A stretch of DNA of 64,000 nucleotides from Gemmatimonadales bacterium (lineage in GTDB: Bacteria; Gemmatimonadota; Gemmatimonadetes; Gemmatimonadales; GWC2-71-9), in the NCBI GenBank assembly GCA_041613315.1, contig JBFJHJ010000001.1, positions 1,452 through 65,451 on the forward strand, in the 5' to 3' direction. The notes under the pieces are model-generated. The model saw only the letters and a list, made by a program, of their open reading frames with translations. It did no database searches and was not told the DNA's origin. Positions 1-9,196 of this stretch are shown one piece after another. The position numbers were made by a program, and so were the translations under genes. How positions within the stretch are numbered: position 1 is the stretch's first letter; every line of letters starts with the position of its first letter.

Positions 1-533
1 TCGGGGCGGTCCCGCAGGCAGCGCTTCGCCGTCACCAGGCGAATGGCGCACACCCCAGACGTGAGGTCACGGATCCCGGGAACCGAGAGCCCGGGTCGCA
101 GCAGCCACGGGGCCAAGCGGCGGACGAGGCGCCGGCTGAACGACGCGTCGCTCGTCACCGTCTCGCCCACCACGACGTCGGCACCGGACTCGATGCGCTT
201 GAGGAGCGCCGGTACCACCGCGGGCGAGACCGAAAAGTCCGCCGGGAGGGTGAGGAGGCAGTCGCGCTTCGGGCGGTCCGTGCGCCGCAGCGCCTCACGC
301 ACGAGGGTCTCGAGGCACGCGGCGCGTCCCCGGGGCGTGTCGTGGCGCACGACGTCCATGGGAAGGGCGCCTTGATACGCCTGTAGCGTCTCCGGCGCCG
401 TGTCGCGAGAGGCGTCGTCCACCACGAGGAGGTGGTACTCGCGCGGAAACTCCCGGAAGACCTTGCGGATCTTCCAGAGCACCAAGCCAAGGGTCGCGCC
501 GTCGTCGCGCGTGGAGATGCCGACGTAGATCAT
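1..533 (-). CDS. Glycosyltransferase family 2-like protein, N-terminal part (gene runs off the left edge)
   Basis: The minus-strand reading from ATG (cat 531-533) stays open to position 1: MIYVGISTRDDGATLGLVLWKIRKVFREFPREYHLLVVDDASRDTAPETL... It has a GT-A style acidic motif VVDDAS. It is missing from the ORF track only because no stop lies in the window. Confidence 0.65.
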   Translation of the reverse strand, partial: MIYVGISTRDDGATLGLVLWKIRKVFREFPREYHLLVVDDASRDTAPETLQAYQGALPMDVVRHDTPRGRAACLETLVREALRRTDRPKRDCLLTLPADFSVSPAVVPALLKRIESGADVVVGETVTSDASFSRRLVRRLAPWLLRPGLSVPGIRDLTSGVCAIRLVTAKRCLRDRP

Positions 534-658
534 GAGTCGCGTTGCTCCTGTGCTCCCCTAGACTCTTCCATACAGCCGCAAGGCTCAAAAGTTCGGGCGT
601 GGAAGTTAGGCAGAGAGGCGCGGTGGCAGAAGGGGCGCCGCGGCTGGCGAGGCTCCCG

Positions 659-2614
659 TCAGGTGGCCGCTTGCCCCAGGGCGGCGCGAAGCTCGGCGAG
701 GGTAAAGGGCTTCTGGAGCACCGGGCGCCCCGCGGACTCGAGGAACGCGAGAGTATCGCCGCGCACGGTGTCCCCCGTCGCGAAGACCACGCGCCGGGCG
801 AGATCGGGGCGATCGCGCGCGAGCTGCTGATACAGGTCGAGCCCGCTCACCTCGGCCATGCGGAGGTCGCTGATGATCACGTCGAAGCGTTCCGCCATGG
901 CCCTGCCGAGGGCGTCGCGCCCGTCCGCCGTGACCGTCACCCGGTGGCCCCACGCTTCGAGCGTGGCCAGCATGTAATGAAGGATGTGCGGTTCGTCGTC
1001 CACGACGAGAATGCGTAGCCGGCCGGTGTCGGTCGTGGGAGGCGTCAGGCGCTCGGCGGGCGGGCCGCCGCCGGGAAGCTCCACGCGGAAGACGGCACCG
1101 CCCCCGGTGCGCGGTCCGTACGTGATCCGGCCACCATGCTCCGTGACGATCCCATGGCAGATGGAAAGCCCGAGGCCGGTACCGTCGCCTTCGGCCTTGG
1201 TGGTGAAGAACGGCTCGAAAATCCGCGGGGCGACCTCTTCAGGAATCCCGGGGCCGTCATCCTCCACGGTCACCGCGATGCCATCCAGCCAGTGAGTCGC
1301 CGTGACCCGTACCCTCCCTCCGGTCCCGCGGCCCCCGATGGCCTGCACCGCATTATTCAGCAGGTTCACCACCACCTGCTGAATGCGATTCGCATCCACT
1401 GGCACCGGGGGCAGGTCGTCCTCTGCGTCGAGGACCACCTCCACCTTGTGCGCCGTGAACTCGTTGCGCAGTAAGAGCAGCGTGGCATCGAGAATCGGTC
1501 CGACCGGTTGCGCGCGCCGACGACCTTCGTGCTTGCGGGCGAAGTGGAGCAGGTTGCGCACGATGTGTGCCGCCCGTTCAGCCTCCTGGCGAATGATGCG
1601 GAGGGGTTCCTGGAGTTGCGGCGGCGCTCCGCTGCCGTCTTCGGCCAGGAAGTCGGCGAACCCGATCACGGACGCCAGGGGGTTGTTCAGGTCGTGCGCC
1701 ACGCCGGCGATCAGCTGTCCGATCGCGCTGAGCTTCTCCGATTGGATCAGTTGGTCCTGGAGGGCCCGCGTTTCCGTTTGATCTTCGAACACGAGCACGG
1801 CGCTGCCGTCGTCCTCGCCGCCGAGTCGAAACGCCAGGACCGTGAAGAGGCGGGTGCCGGCGTGGAGTTCAGCCGGGGTGCCCGTCCCGCGAGCGCGCAG
1901 CGCGCGCTCGACGGGCGTAGCCCACGCTCTCGGCAGGACGTCGTGCCAGTGGCGCCCGCCGATCGCGGTGACGGGCACCGCGGCGAGGAGGCTGAACGCG
2001 CGGTTCGCCCGGCGGATGACGCCGTCGCCGGCCACAACGCAGAACGCGAGCCCGATGGCGTCCACCGCCCGTTCCCAGTCGCCCCGACCGGCCGCCACCA
2101 CCTCGAGCAGGCGGCCGTGCTCGACGGCGATGGCGAGTTGAGCGGCGGCGGCCTCGGCAAACGCGAGATCCTCGGACGCGAACCGGTCTGGTGTTCGCGC
2201 GACGAGGCAGATCGCCCCGGTGCGGTCGTCGCCGGCGGCGACGGGCACGCCCAGCCACGAGCGCACGGCCGACGAGGCCGGAAGGCCCAGGGCGGCGCGG
2301 GCGTTCGGGGTGATCCGTGGTAGCACTCGCGGCCCATCGCTGATAATGGCCCGGAGGAGTGGATCGTTGGGATCGGGTGTCGCATAATGATGGGTCGCCG
2401 CCGCCGCGAGGTCGTGCGTTGCCGGATCGACGAGCGCGATAACGACGCCATCCGGACGCAGCACTTCGAGGAGGGTCTGGACCACACAATCGGCGGCCAC
2501 GCTCGGGTTCGCGGCGCCGGCGAGGTCGCGCGCCAACCGGGTCAGCAGGAGCAGCGGGTCGCGGGACCCGGCGCCGTCAGGAGGGGTATGTCGCGGTACG
2601 GGAGGTGATGTCAT
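659..2614 (-). CDS. Hybrid sensor histidine kinase (GAF/PAS-like sensor, HisKA-HATPase core, C-terminal receiver domain)
   Basis: This is the in-frame part of ORF 659..2821. I moved the start to the ATG at 2614 (MTSPPVPRH...) because the longer N-terminus overlaps the divergent gene. H-box AHDLNNPL; N/G boxes LLNNAVQA, DDGPGI, GTGLGL; receiver ILVVDDEPH...ISDLRMAEVSG. Confidence 0.85.
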   Translation of the reverse strand: MTSPPVPRHTPPDGAGSRDPLLLLTRLARDLAGAANPSVAADCVVQTLLEVLRPDGVVIALVDPATHDLAAAATHHYATPDPNDPLLRAIISDGPRVLPRITPNARAALGLPASSAVRSWLGVPVAAGDDRTGAICLVARTPDRFASEDLAFAEAAAAQLAIAVEHGRLLEVVAAGRGDWERAVDAIGLAFCVVAGDGVIRRANRAFSLLAAVPVTAIGGRHWHDVLPRAWATPVERALRARGTGTPAELHAGTRLFTVLAFRLGGEDDGSAVLVFEDQTETRALQDQLIQSEKLSAIGQLIAGVAHDLNNPLASVIGFADFLAEDGSGAPPQLQEPLRIIRQEAERAAHIVRNLLHFARKHEGRRRAQPVGPILDATLLLLRNEFTAHKVEVVLDAEDDLPPVPVDANRIQQVVVNLLNNAVQAIGGRGTGGRVRVTATHWLDGIAVTVEDDGPGIPEEVAPRIFEPFFTTKAEGDGTGLGLSICHGIVTEHGGRITYGPRTGGGAVFRVELPGGGPPAERLTPPTTDTGRLRILVVDDEPHILHYMLATLEAWGHRVTVTADGRDALGRAMAERFDVIISDLRMAEVSGLDLYQQLARDRPDLARRVVFATGDTVRGDTLAFLESAGRPVLQKPFTLAELRAALGQAAT

Positions 2615-3326
2615 GATCCTCGCCAACTTGCGCGAGCGGCTGACGCCGGACGACATCGCGCTGGCAGCGCGGCTGCTCGCCCGCGGCGATGAGGGACGGT
2701 GCGACGTACTCGAGCGGCGCGCAGCCCAGGAGGGGATCGACGTCCTGCTCGACGCGCCCGATCTCCCGGAACTGCTGCGCACGGCGCCCGGGCTGGCGAG
2801 CCCGTCGGCGCCGCTGTTCATCTACGTAATCGTACGGCACGCGTTACGCGCCGTCGCGATTGACGATGCTCGGCTCAGTGATTATCTCGGGGCGCTCGTC
2901 TACGAATTCGGGCTTCGCGACCGCGCCGCGCGCATCGCCCGTCACGACGACGAGATCTATCGCTACGTTGCGGACCTCGTCGTCGATCTCGACGCCGCCT
3001 CCGATCGCCGAGGGTTCCTCCTGCGGGCGCACCTCGGCAACTTCAGCCTGTGGCTGGCCGGCGTGTTTCCCGATTATATCACCGTGCGGAGGGAGCGGAA
3101 GGGCGGGCCAGGACTCGAGTACTACGAGAAACTCGGGGCGGCGGGATACCGGCTCGCCGCGACTCACCGGCTCGCCTATCAACATCGCTTGTCCGAGATC
3201 TACGAGCGTGCGGCTGGGTCCTTCCGCCAGATCCGCATCGCGCTCAACCGTCTGTCCGACCGCGTCCTGTTCCCGATGTACCACAGTCCGGACCGGCTGC
3301 TCCGACAGGTGGTGGACGGGCAGTAG
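2613..3326 (+). CDS. Hypothetical protein
   Basis: 237-aa ORF with ordinary amino-acid composition (not Arg/Pro/Gly-skewed like the off-frame ORFs) and no motif I recognise. Its ATG shares the tetranucleotide CATG (2612-2615) with the divergent kinase start. Confidence 0.55.
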   Translation: MILANLRERLTPDDIALAARLLARGDEGRCDVLERRAAQEGIDVLLDAPDLPELLRTAPGLASPSAPLFIYVIVRHALRAVAIDDARLSDYLGALVYEFGLRDRAARIARHDDEIYRYVADLVVDLDAASDRRGFLLRAHLGNFSLWLAGVFPDYITVRRERKGGPGLEYYEKLGAAGYRLAATHRLAYQHRLSEIYERAAGSFRQIRIALNRLSDRVLFPMYHSPDRLLRQVVDGQ

Positions 3327-3371
3327 AGCCGCCGGTCGTGCCTCACGCCGAGGCGCTCGGCCGACCCGACC

Positions 3372-3833
3372 TTACTCCTCGTCGCCGCGCGACGGTCCGA
3401 CCCCGCGGCCCGCCTCATCGAGGAACGTCGTCGGCACGTGGCCCGCGCTCGCGACCATCTCCTGCGCCGCCTGCACGAAGCGCACCACGATCCCCAGGCT
3501 TCCCTTGAGCTCGAGCCGCCCCAGCATCATTCCCGCGATCGGGTCAAGCCGGCCTTGGAGTACATCCTTCCAGTTGGGATACGTGCCGATGATGCAGAAC
3601 GCCGCGCCGGCGGCCTCGTGCGCGGGGACGACCCGCGCGTCGCGGCACGCTCCCTCGTGGAGGTCCAGCCAGATGCCGACGTCCTCCCCGAGTCCGATCG
3701 CCGGATCCGCGCGGCAGACGATGGCTACCGGCCCGTGGGTCCAGGCGCGGGCGGCTTCCTGGTACGCTCCGTTGGCGTTGATGGCAGCACCGTAGGCCGC
3801 CGCCCATGGTTGCGACGGAAAGACGTGCGTCAC
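3372..3833 (-). CDS. SCP2 sterol-carrier-like domain protein
   Basis: 153-aa ORF with the pattern typical of SCP-2 family proteins: FPSQPW...WTHGPVAIV...GIWLDLHEGAC...TYPNWKDVLQGRLDPIAGMMLGRLELKGSL. Confidence 0.65.
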   Translation of the reverse strand: MTHVFPSQPWAAAYGAAINANGAYQEAARAWTHGPVAIVCRADPAIGLGEDVGIWLDLHEGACRDARVVPAHEAAGAAFCIIGTYPNWKDVLQGRLDPIAGMMLGRLELKGSLGIVVRFVQAAQEMVASAGHVPTTFLDEAGRGVGPSRGDEE

Positions 3834-3843
3834 GGGGCCTGCG

Positions 3844-4335
3844 TCAGGGGGTGCTGGTGGTGTCGATGCGGCCGAACATCGGGCACTTGGGATCGCTCAC
3901 CGCGCCCCAGGCGACGCGGAGGCCGAACAGCGGGAGCGTGCCCCCGCCGTTGGTGACGGTTCCGAGTTGCGGATAGCCTTGTGGCGGGCTCAAGTCGTAG
4001 ATCAGCACGCCTTTGAACGTATCGGCGGAGTCTTCGACGAGCGCGAGCCCGAAGCCCGGGGTCGCCGGGAAGCCATCGCCGGCATAGCGGATCACCGGTC
4101 CCCGGGCGCCCGAGTCGGCCACGGCCCGGGTCGTCCCGTACCCGGCGACGCGCGCGGGGACGGGGCCACGGAGCTCCGGCGGCGCGGCACGCAGGACCTT
4201 GGAGGCGCTGCCGAGCTGGTTCAGCACCATGGTGGCGCCGGCGACGCTGGCGAACCCGCAGGAGGCGCTGTTCTCGGGATTGCCGCCGCTGCACGCCAGG
4301 ACCGCGACGGCGACGAGGGCGCTCGCACATCTCAT
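3844..4335 (-). CDS. Putative lipoprotein, unknown function
   Basis: 163-aa ORF. The N-terminus MRCASALVAVAVLACSGG has a lipobox (LAC). Confidence 0.55.
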   Translation of the reverse strand: MRCASALVAVAVLACSGGNPENSASCGFASVAGATMVLNQLGSASKVLRAAPPELRGPVPARVAGYGTTRAVADSGARGPVIRYAGDGFPATPGFGLALVEDSADTFKGVLIYDLSPPQGYPQLGTVTNGGGTLPLFGLRVAWGAVSDPKCPMFGRIDTTSTP

Positions 4336-4396
4336 GGGGTAATACTAATGCCGGATGCGGGAGGCATGCCACCGGGTGAGCCGGCGAGCCGCGTGC

Positions 4397-4425
4397 TTGA
4401 CCCCCCCTTGCCCGGCGAATATCGT
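4397..4425 (+). promoter_or_regulatory. Sigma-70-like promoter candidate upstream of the zinc-ribbon gene
   Basis: TTGACC (4397-4402), 17-nt spacer, TATCGT (4420-4425). A GGAGG sits 8 nt before the ATG at 4464. Confidence 0.35.
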
Positions 4426-4463
4426 CTTTTTGGGTTCCCCAGTCGAGCGTGGAGGCCGGCAGC

Positions 4464-4628
4464 ATGCCTACCTATGAGTACCAGTGCGAGAACTGCCGCA
4501 AGCGGTTTTCGCGGATTGAACCGATGTCAGCACACGGCCGGAAACGTCCCGCGTGCCCGAAGTGCAAGTCCACCAAAGTGGCGCAGATCTTCTCGCCGTT
4601 TTACGCGAAGACGATCAAGAAAAGCTAG
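4464..4628 (+). CDS. FmdB-family zinc-ribbon protein (54 aa)
   Basis: MPTYEYQCENCRKRFSRIEPMSAHGRKRPACPKCKSTKVAQIFSPFYAKTIKKS. It has the hallmark MPxYEYxCxxC...CPxC. It is below the ORF-track size cutoff, and a GGAGG lies upstream. Confidence 0.8.
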   Translation: MPTYEYQCENCRKRFSRIEPMSAHGRKRPACPKCKSTKVAQIFSPFYAKTIKKS

Positions 4629-5197
4629 TGTTCGAGCGCCTGCGCGCCGCGATCCACGCCGCGCTCGACGCGGCTGCGCCGCGTGAGGACGCCCGTGACC
4701 GGACGGCGCGGATGCGCGAGGCGGTGCTCGCGGCGCGCGCCGCGTTGGAGGCGATGCGCGACGGCATTGCCGCGACGGATCGAGCGCTGGCCGCCGAGCG
4801 AATCCGGCTGGCCGACGCCGAACGGCGGGGCCGCCTGGCGGCCGGTATCCAGGATCACGAGACGGTGGACGTGGCGGACGCCTTTGCGGCGAAGCATCGC
4901 GAGCGGGTGCGCGTGCTCGAGCGCAAGCTCGAGGCGCAGCGGAGCGAGCTCGCGCTGGCCGAGCAAGAGTTGGGCGAGATGAAGGCGCAGCTGCAGGAAG
5001 TGGAGCGCAACCGTCCGGCGTCGGACGCGGCCCGCAGCGTGGAGGCCGCGTGGCGCGAACTGGAGACCGCCGGCGGGAGCCGACCGGAAACGGATGTGGC
5101 GGGCGACGTGCTCCGCTCTCGGCTCGATCGTGCGGCGCGCGAGGCGCTCGCGGATCAACAGCTCGACGCGCTCAAGCGGCGCATGGGCAAACAGTAG
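4628..5197 (+). CDS. Coiled-coil protein (PspA/IM30-like character, unconfirmed)
   Basis: In frame with ORF 4553..5197. A GTG at 4628 overlaps the upstream stop (TAGTG). The sequence is a long Ala/Arg/Glu heptad-like region (AERIRLADAERRGRLAA...ELALAEQELGEMKAQLQEVERNR). Confidence 0.55.
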   Translation: MFERLRAAIHAALDAAAPREDARDRTARMREAVLAARAALEAMRDGIAATDRALAAERIRLADAERRGRLAAGIQDHETVDVADAFAAKHRERVRVLERKLEAQRSELALAEQELGEMKAQLQEVERNRPASDAARSVEAAWRELETAGGSRPETDVAGDVLRSRLDRAAREALADQQLDALKRRMGKQ

Positions 5198-5226
5198 AGG
5201 CGGCCGTGGAGATCAAAGCCGGTCGG

Positions 5227-5601
5227 ATGATTTCGCTCGGGTACGGGAAATACTGGCGTTCCGACGCCATCGTCGGGCTCAAGCCCATCGAGGACGATCG
5301 GGGGCCGGGGCGGCGCACCGAGGTCTTCACGGCCACGTTGGAGCAACCGATCATCGCGTCGCGGAGCGAGCAGGCCATCCTCCAGGATATGGCGGTGGTG
5401 ACCGACGAGGAGTTCCGGATGCAGGAAGCCCGGGAGGTGATGAGCGACCTCCTCGATGCGCTGGAGGACCTGCCGGACGTCCTTCACCGGATGCTCGCGG
5501 TGGAGGCGCACTTCGACGTGGCCGCGTGGGTGCGGCGCCTCCGTACACTCGTCAGGACCGTGCCGGCCGAGGTCCCGGGGCAGAACGATCTGTTCGATTA
5601 G
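5227..5601 (+). CDS. DUF370/RemA-like protein with C-terminal extension
   Basis: In frame with ORF 5050..5601. MISLGYGKYWRSDAIVGL...GRRTEVFTATLEQPIIASRSEQAIL resembles RemA (LINIGFGN...GRRTRAV...VILSAVQPET). An alternative GTG start lies at 5206. Confidence 0.5.
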   Translation: MISLGYGKYWRSDAIVGLKPIEDDRGPGRRTEVFTATLEQPIIASRSEQAILQDMAVVTDEEFRMQEAREVMSDLLDALEDLPDVLHRMLAVEAHFDVAAWVRRLRTLVRTVPAEVPGQNDLFD

Positions 5602-5634
5602 GCGCGACGGCTGCACCCGAGTGCCGGTCGCCGG

Positions 5635-7155
5635 TTACTCGACGGCCGGTTCGCCCCCGCCCAGCGCCCGCTCCGCGGGGGGCGTAAAGAACGGCGCCCA
5701 CTTCGCCGTCGGCGACGCGGCCGTCAAGAGGCTCACGCCGACCAGCAATCCCACCGAAGCCAACACCCCCGGGATCACGATGTAGTCGCTGCTGGCGAAA
5801 TCGAAGCTCGTGCCACCAAGCGTCATGGTGAAGTTCACGCCGAGCCGTCCCAGCACGCCGATGCCCACGATGCTCCCGAGCCCGCCGGCGATACACGCGA
5901 CGCCGCCCGCCGGCGTCACGCGCTTCCAGAGAAACGCCGCCAGGAGTGCCGGCGTGAGGCTCGCACCGACGAGGGAGTAGGCATAGAGCGCCATCGAGAG
6001 CACGGTCTGGAACTGGGTAAGGAGGTAGAGGCCGACCCCTCCGAAGAGGACGACGCAGGCCCGCTGCACGCTCAGCTTGGCCCGCTCGCTGGCCGCGGGG
6101 TCGATGAACCGCTCGTAGAGATCGCGGCTCACGTTGGTGGACGGCACGAGGAGGAAGGTGTTGCCCGTGGAGAGCACGATCGCGACTGCGGCGGCGAGCA
6201 GGATCGCCCCGCCGAACAGCGGCATTCCATGCCGGGCGATGAAGAGAATCACGGTTTCGGACGCCGCCCGTCCCACGATGGACGTCTGCTCGGCGAGGTC
6301 GGGATACACCGCACGGCCCACGATCGCCAGTAACGCGAGCATCGTCTCGATTACGACGATCCCCACCACCATGCCGATCACGGCCCGTCGCGCCGCGCTC
6401 TCGTTCTTGGCGGAGAAGAACTTCTGATACATCCCGCTTTCGCCCATGATGAGGAGAAACGTCGGCATGGCCACGCCCAGGACCCAGAGGATGTTGTGGC
6501 CGCCCAAGGGAGTCATGTGTTCCGCCGGGAGCCGCGCCATCACCTCCCCGACCCCGCCCGCCGCGAACACCATGTAGGGGACGGCGAACACGACAGCCAG
6601 CGTGATGATGACGCCGTTGAAGACATCCACGGTCACGATCGACACCATGCCCGCGAGCGCGGTGAACAGCACGATCGCCCCGGCGGTGATCAACATCCCA
6701 GCGGTGGGCGTGATGCGTCCGTCGGTGACGATGCTGAGGATCCACCCGCCGCCGCGGAACTGATAGGCGGCGATCGTCACGTAGGCGAGGATGATGGCGA
6801 CGGTGCCCAGCACGCGTGCGGTCGTGTTGTACCGCTGCTCCAGGAGATCGGGCACCGTGTACTGCGCGATGCGCCGCACGCGCCCCGCGATGAAATATGC
6901 CACGATCAACCCCACCCACCCTCCGAAGGAGAACCACAGCTCCGTGATGCCGCTCCGGTAGGCGAGTCCGGCCCCGCCGAAGAGCGATCCCGACCCGATC
7001 CACGTGCAGACGAGCGTTCCGACCAGAAGCGGCACCGGCACCGATCGGCCCGCGACCATGAAGTCCGCGTGGCTCTTGACCGACCGTGAGCGCCACAGGC
7101 TCACGCCGAGGAGGATGACGGGATAGGCGAGCACGACGGCGACGAGCAGAGTCAT
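5635..7155 (-). CDS. Sodium:solute symporter family transporter
   Basis: 506-aa polytopic membrane ORF. The N-terminal pattern SHADFMVAGRSVP...TWIGSGSLFGGAGLAY is typical of the SSF family. Confidence 0.85.
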   Translation of the reverse strand: MTLLVAVVLAYPVILLGVSLWRSRSVKSHADFMVAGRSVPVPLLVGTLVCTWIGSGSLFGGAGLAYRSGITELWFSFGGWVGLIVAYFIAGRVRRIAQYTVPDLLEQRYNTTARVLGTVAIILAYVTIAAYQFRGGGWILSIVTDGRITPTAGMLITAGAIVLFTALAGMVSIVTVDVFNGVIITLAVVFAVPYMVFAAGGVGEVMARLPAEHMTPLGGHNILWVLGVAMPTFLLIMGESGMYQKFFSAKNESAARRAVIGMVVGIVVIETMLALLAIVGRAVYPDLAEQTSIVGRAASETVILFIARHGMPLFGGAILLAAAVAIVLSTGNTFLLVPSTNVSRDLYERFIDPAASERAKLSVQRACVVLFGGVGLYLLTQFQTVLSMALYAYSLVGASLTPALLAAFLWKRVTPAGGVACIAGGLGSIVGIGVLGRLGVNFTMTLGGTSFDFASSDYIVIPGVLASVGLLVGVSLLTAASPTAKWAPFFTPPAERALGGGEPAVE

Positions 7156-7211
7156 GAGCGTTCTCCGGGCGCGCGGATGATGCCGCGGGCCCTAATAAGG
7201 AATGCGCGGCC

Positions 7212-8213
7212 TCACGCCGGCGGGACCGGCAGGGGATCCTCGGCATAGTGGCATGCCACCCAGCGGCCGGGCCGCACCTCCCGGAGCGGCGGGGCCTCGG
7301 CGCGGCACCGGTCGCTCTTCTGCGGGTGCGGGCACCGGGGGTGGAACAGGCAGCCCGACGGGGGACGCCGGAGACTCGGTGCGTCGCCCGACAGCACGAT
7401 GCGCGCGCGTCGACGGTCAGGGTCGGGGACCGGCACGGCGGAGAGCAGCGACACCGTGTAGGGGTGGAGCGGTGCGGCGTACAGCGCGGTGCTCGACGCC
7501 ACCTCCATGAGCGTTCCCAGATAGATCACGGCCACGCGGTCCGCCAGATACCGGACGACGGCGAGGTCGTGCGCGATGAAGAGGTACGTGAGCTCGCGAC
7601 GGCGCTTCAGGTCGGCGAGGAGGTTCAGCACCTGGGCCTGCACCGACACGTCGAGCGCGGAGACCGGCTCGTCCAACACGAGAAAGTCGGGCTCCACCGA
7701 CAGCGCCCTCGCGATGGCGACGCGCTGCCGCTGGCCGCCCGACAACTCGTGCGGAAAGCGGTCGACATAGGTGGGGTCCAGCCCGACCTCCGCAAAGAGC
7801 GCTCGGACGCGCGCGGCTGCGCTTCCTTTCGGCTCCAGCCGGTGCACCTCCACCGGCTCCCGGACGGCGGCACCGACCCGCATCCGCGGGTTGAGCGACC
7901 CGTAGGGATCCTGGAAGACGATCTGCATTCGGCGGCGCAGCGCCCGCAGCCGCGCGGGGGGGAGCGCCAGCACGTCCTCGCCGTCGAACCGGACCTCGCC
8001 GGACGTAGGTTCCGCCAGTCGCAGGATGCAGCGACCAATGGTGGTCTTGCCGCTGCCGCTCTCTCCGACGAGCCCGAGCGTCTCGCCTCGAGCGACGGCC
8101 AGGGAGACCCCATCGACGGCGCGGAGCGCAGCGCGCGGACGAAAGAGCCCGCCGCCCACGTGATACTCCTTGACGAGGGCACGAACCTCCGCGAGCGCGT
8201 GTCCGTGCGTCAT
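7212..8213 (-). CDS. Oligopeptide/dipeptide ABC transporter ATP-binding protein (OppF/DppF-like)
   Basis: Start at the ATG at 8213 ([10 protein letters not shown]...) within ORF 7212..8681. Walker [10 protein letters not shown], signature LSGGQRQR, Walker B LVLDEP, and a C-terminal oligopeptide-type tail (CLFHPRCPH). ATGA overlap with the upstream gene. Confidence 0.9.
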   Translation of the reverse strand: MTHGHALAEVRALVKEYHVGGGLFRPRAALRAVDGVSLAVARGETLGLVGESGSGKTTIGRCILRLAEPTSGEVRFDGEDVLALPPARLRALRRRMQIVFQDPYGSLNPRMRVGAAVREPVEVHRLEPKGSAAARVRALFAEVGLDPTYVDRFPHELSGGQRQRVAIARALSVEPDFLVLDEPVSALDVSVQAQVLNLLADLKRRRELTYLFIAHDLAVVRYLADRVAVIYLGTLMEVASSTALYAAPLHPYTVSLLSAVPVPDPDRRRARIVLSGDAPSLRRPPSGCLFHPRCPHPQKSDRCRAEAPPLREVRPGRWVACHYAEDPLPVPPA

Positions 8214-9196
8214 GCCCGCCTCCGACTCGGCTGCTCCACCAGCCAACACCGGGCCCGGTGCCCCGGTGTGGCCTCCAGATGCGGCGGCGGTGTCGTGCAC
8301 CGCTCCCACCCGTAGGCGCATCGTGGGTGGAAGCGACAGCCCTCGGGCCACGCGGTGGCGGGCGGCACTGCGCCCGGGATCGCGGCGAGGCGATCGGCGG
8401 GTCGGTCGAGTCGCGGCGCCGCGTTGAGCAGGGCCTCCGTATACGGATGCTGTGGCGCGGCGAATAACTGGCGCACCGGCGCCTCCTCGACGACCTGCCC
8501 CGCATACATGACCGCCACGCGGTCGGCGAGTCCGGCCACCACGCCCAAGTCGTGCGTGATCAGGATCATCGCCATACCCAGCTGGTGTTTGAGATGCGCC
8601 AGCAACTCGAGTATTTGCGCCTGGATGGTCACATCGAGCGCCGTGGTGGGCTCGTCGGCAATCAAGATCCGCGGCTCGCACGACAGCGCGATCGCGATCA
8701 TCACCCGTTGCTGCATGCCGCCGCTCAGCTGGTGGGGATAGTCGTTCATTCGTCGGGCCGCGTCCGCCAGGCCCACGAGCTCCAACAACTCGACCGCGCG
8801 CTGCCGTGCGGTCGCCCTGGTCATCACGCGGTGCGCCAGCAACGTCTCGGTGATCTGCGTGCCGACGGAGAGCACGGGATTGAGACTCGCCCCGGGCTCC
8901 TGGAAGATCATTGCGATCTCGGCGCCGCGGACCGCGCGTAGCTCCGACTCGGGCAGCTGCAGCAGGTTCCGACCGTCGTACTCGACGACGCTCTCTGCGC
9001 CGATCTCACCCGCCGGCCCCTCGATGAGCCGCAGGATCGAGAGGGCGGTGACCGTCTTGCCGCAGCCCGACTCCCCGACCAGCCCGAGGGTTTCCGCGGG
9101 GAACAGGTCGAACGACACGCCGTCGGCCGCGCGGGCGACGCCGTCCGCCGTGCGGAAGGTCGTACGCAGGTCCCGGACGCTGAGAAGCGGTTTCAT
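8210..9196 (-). CDS. Oligopeptide/dipeptide ABC transporter ATP-binding protein (OppD/DppD-like)
   Basis: Start at the ATG at 9196 ([14 protein letters not shown]...). [36 protein letters not shown]. Confidence 0.9.
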   Translation of the reverse strand: MKPLLSVRDLRTTFRTADGVARAADGVSFDLFPAETLGLVGESGCGKTVTALSILRLIEGPAGEIGAESVVEYDGRNLLQLPESELRAVRGAEIAMIFQEPGASLNPVLSVGTQITETLLAHRVMTRATARQRAVELLELVGLADAARRMNDYPHQLSGGMQQRVMIAIALSCEPRILIADEPTTALDVTIQAQILELLAHLKHQLGMAMILITHDLGVVAGLADRVAVMYAGQVVEEAPVRQLFAAPQHPYTEALLNAAPRLDRPADRLAAIPGAVPPATAWPEGCRFHPRCAYGWERCTTPPPHLEATPGHRARCWLVEQPSRRRA

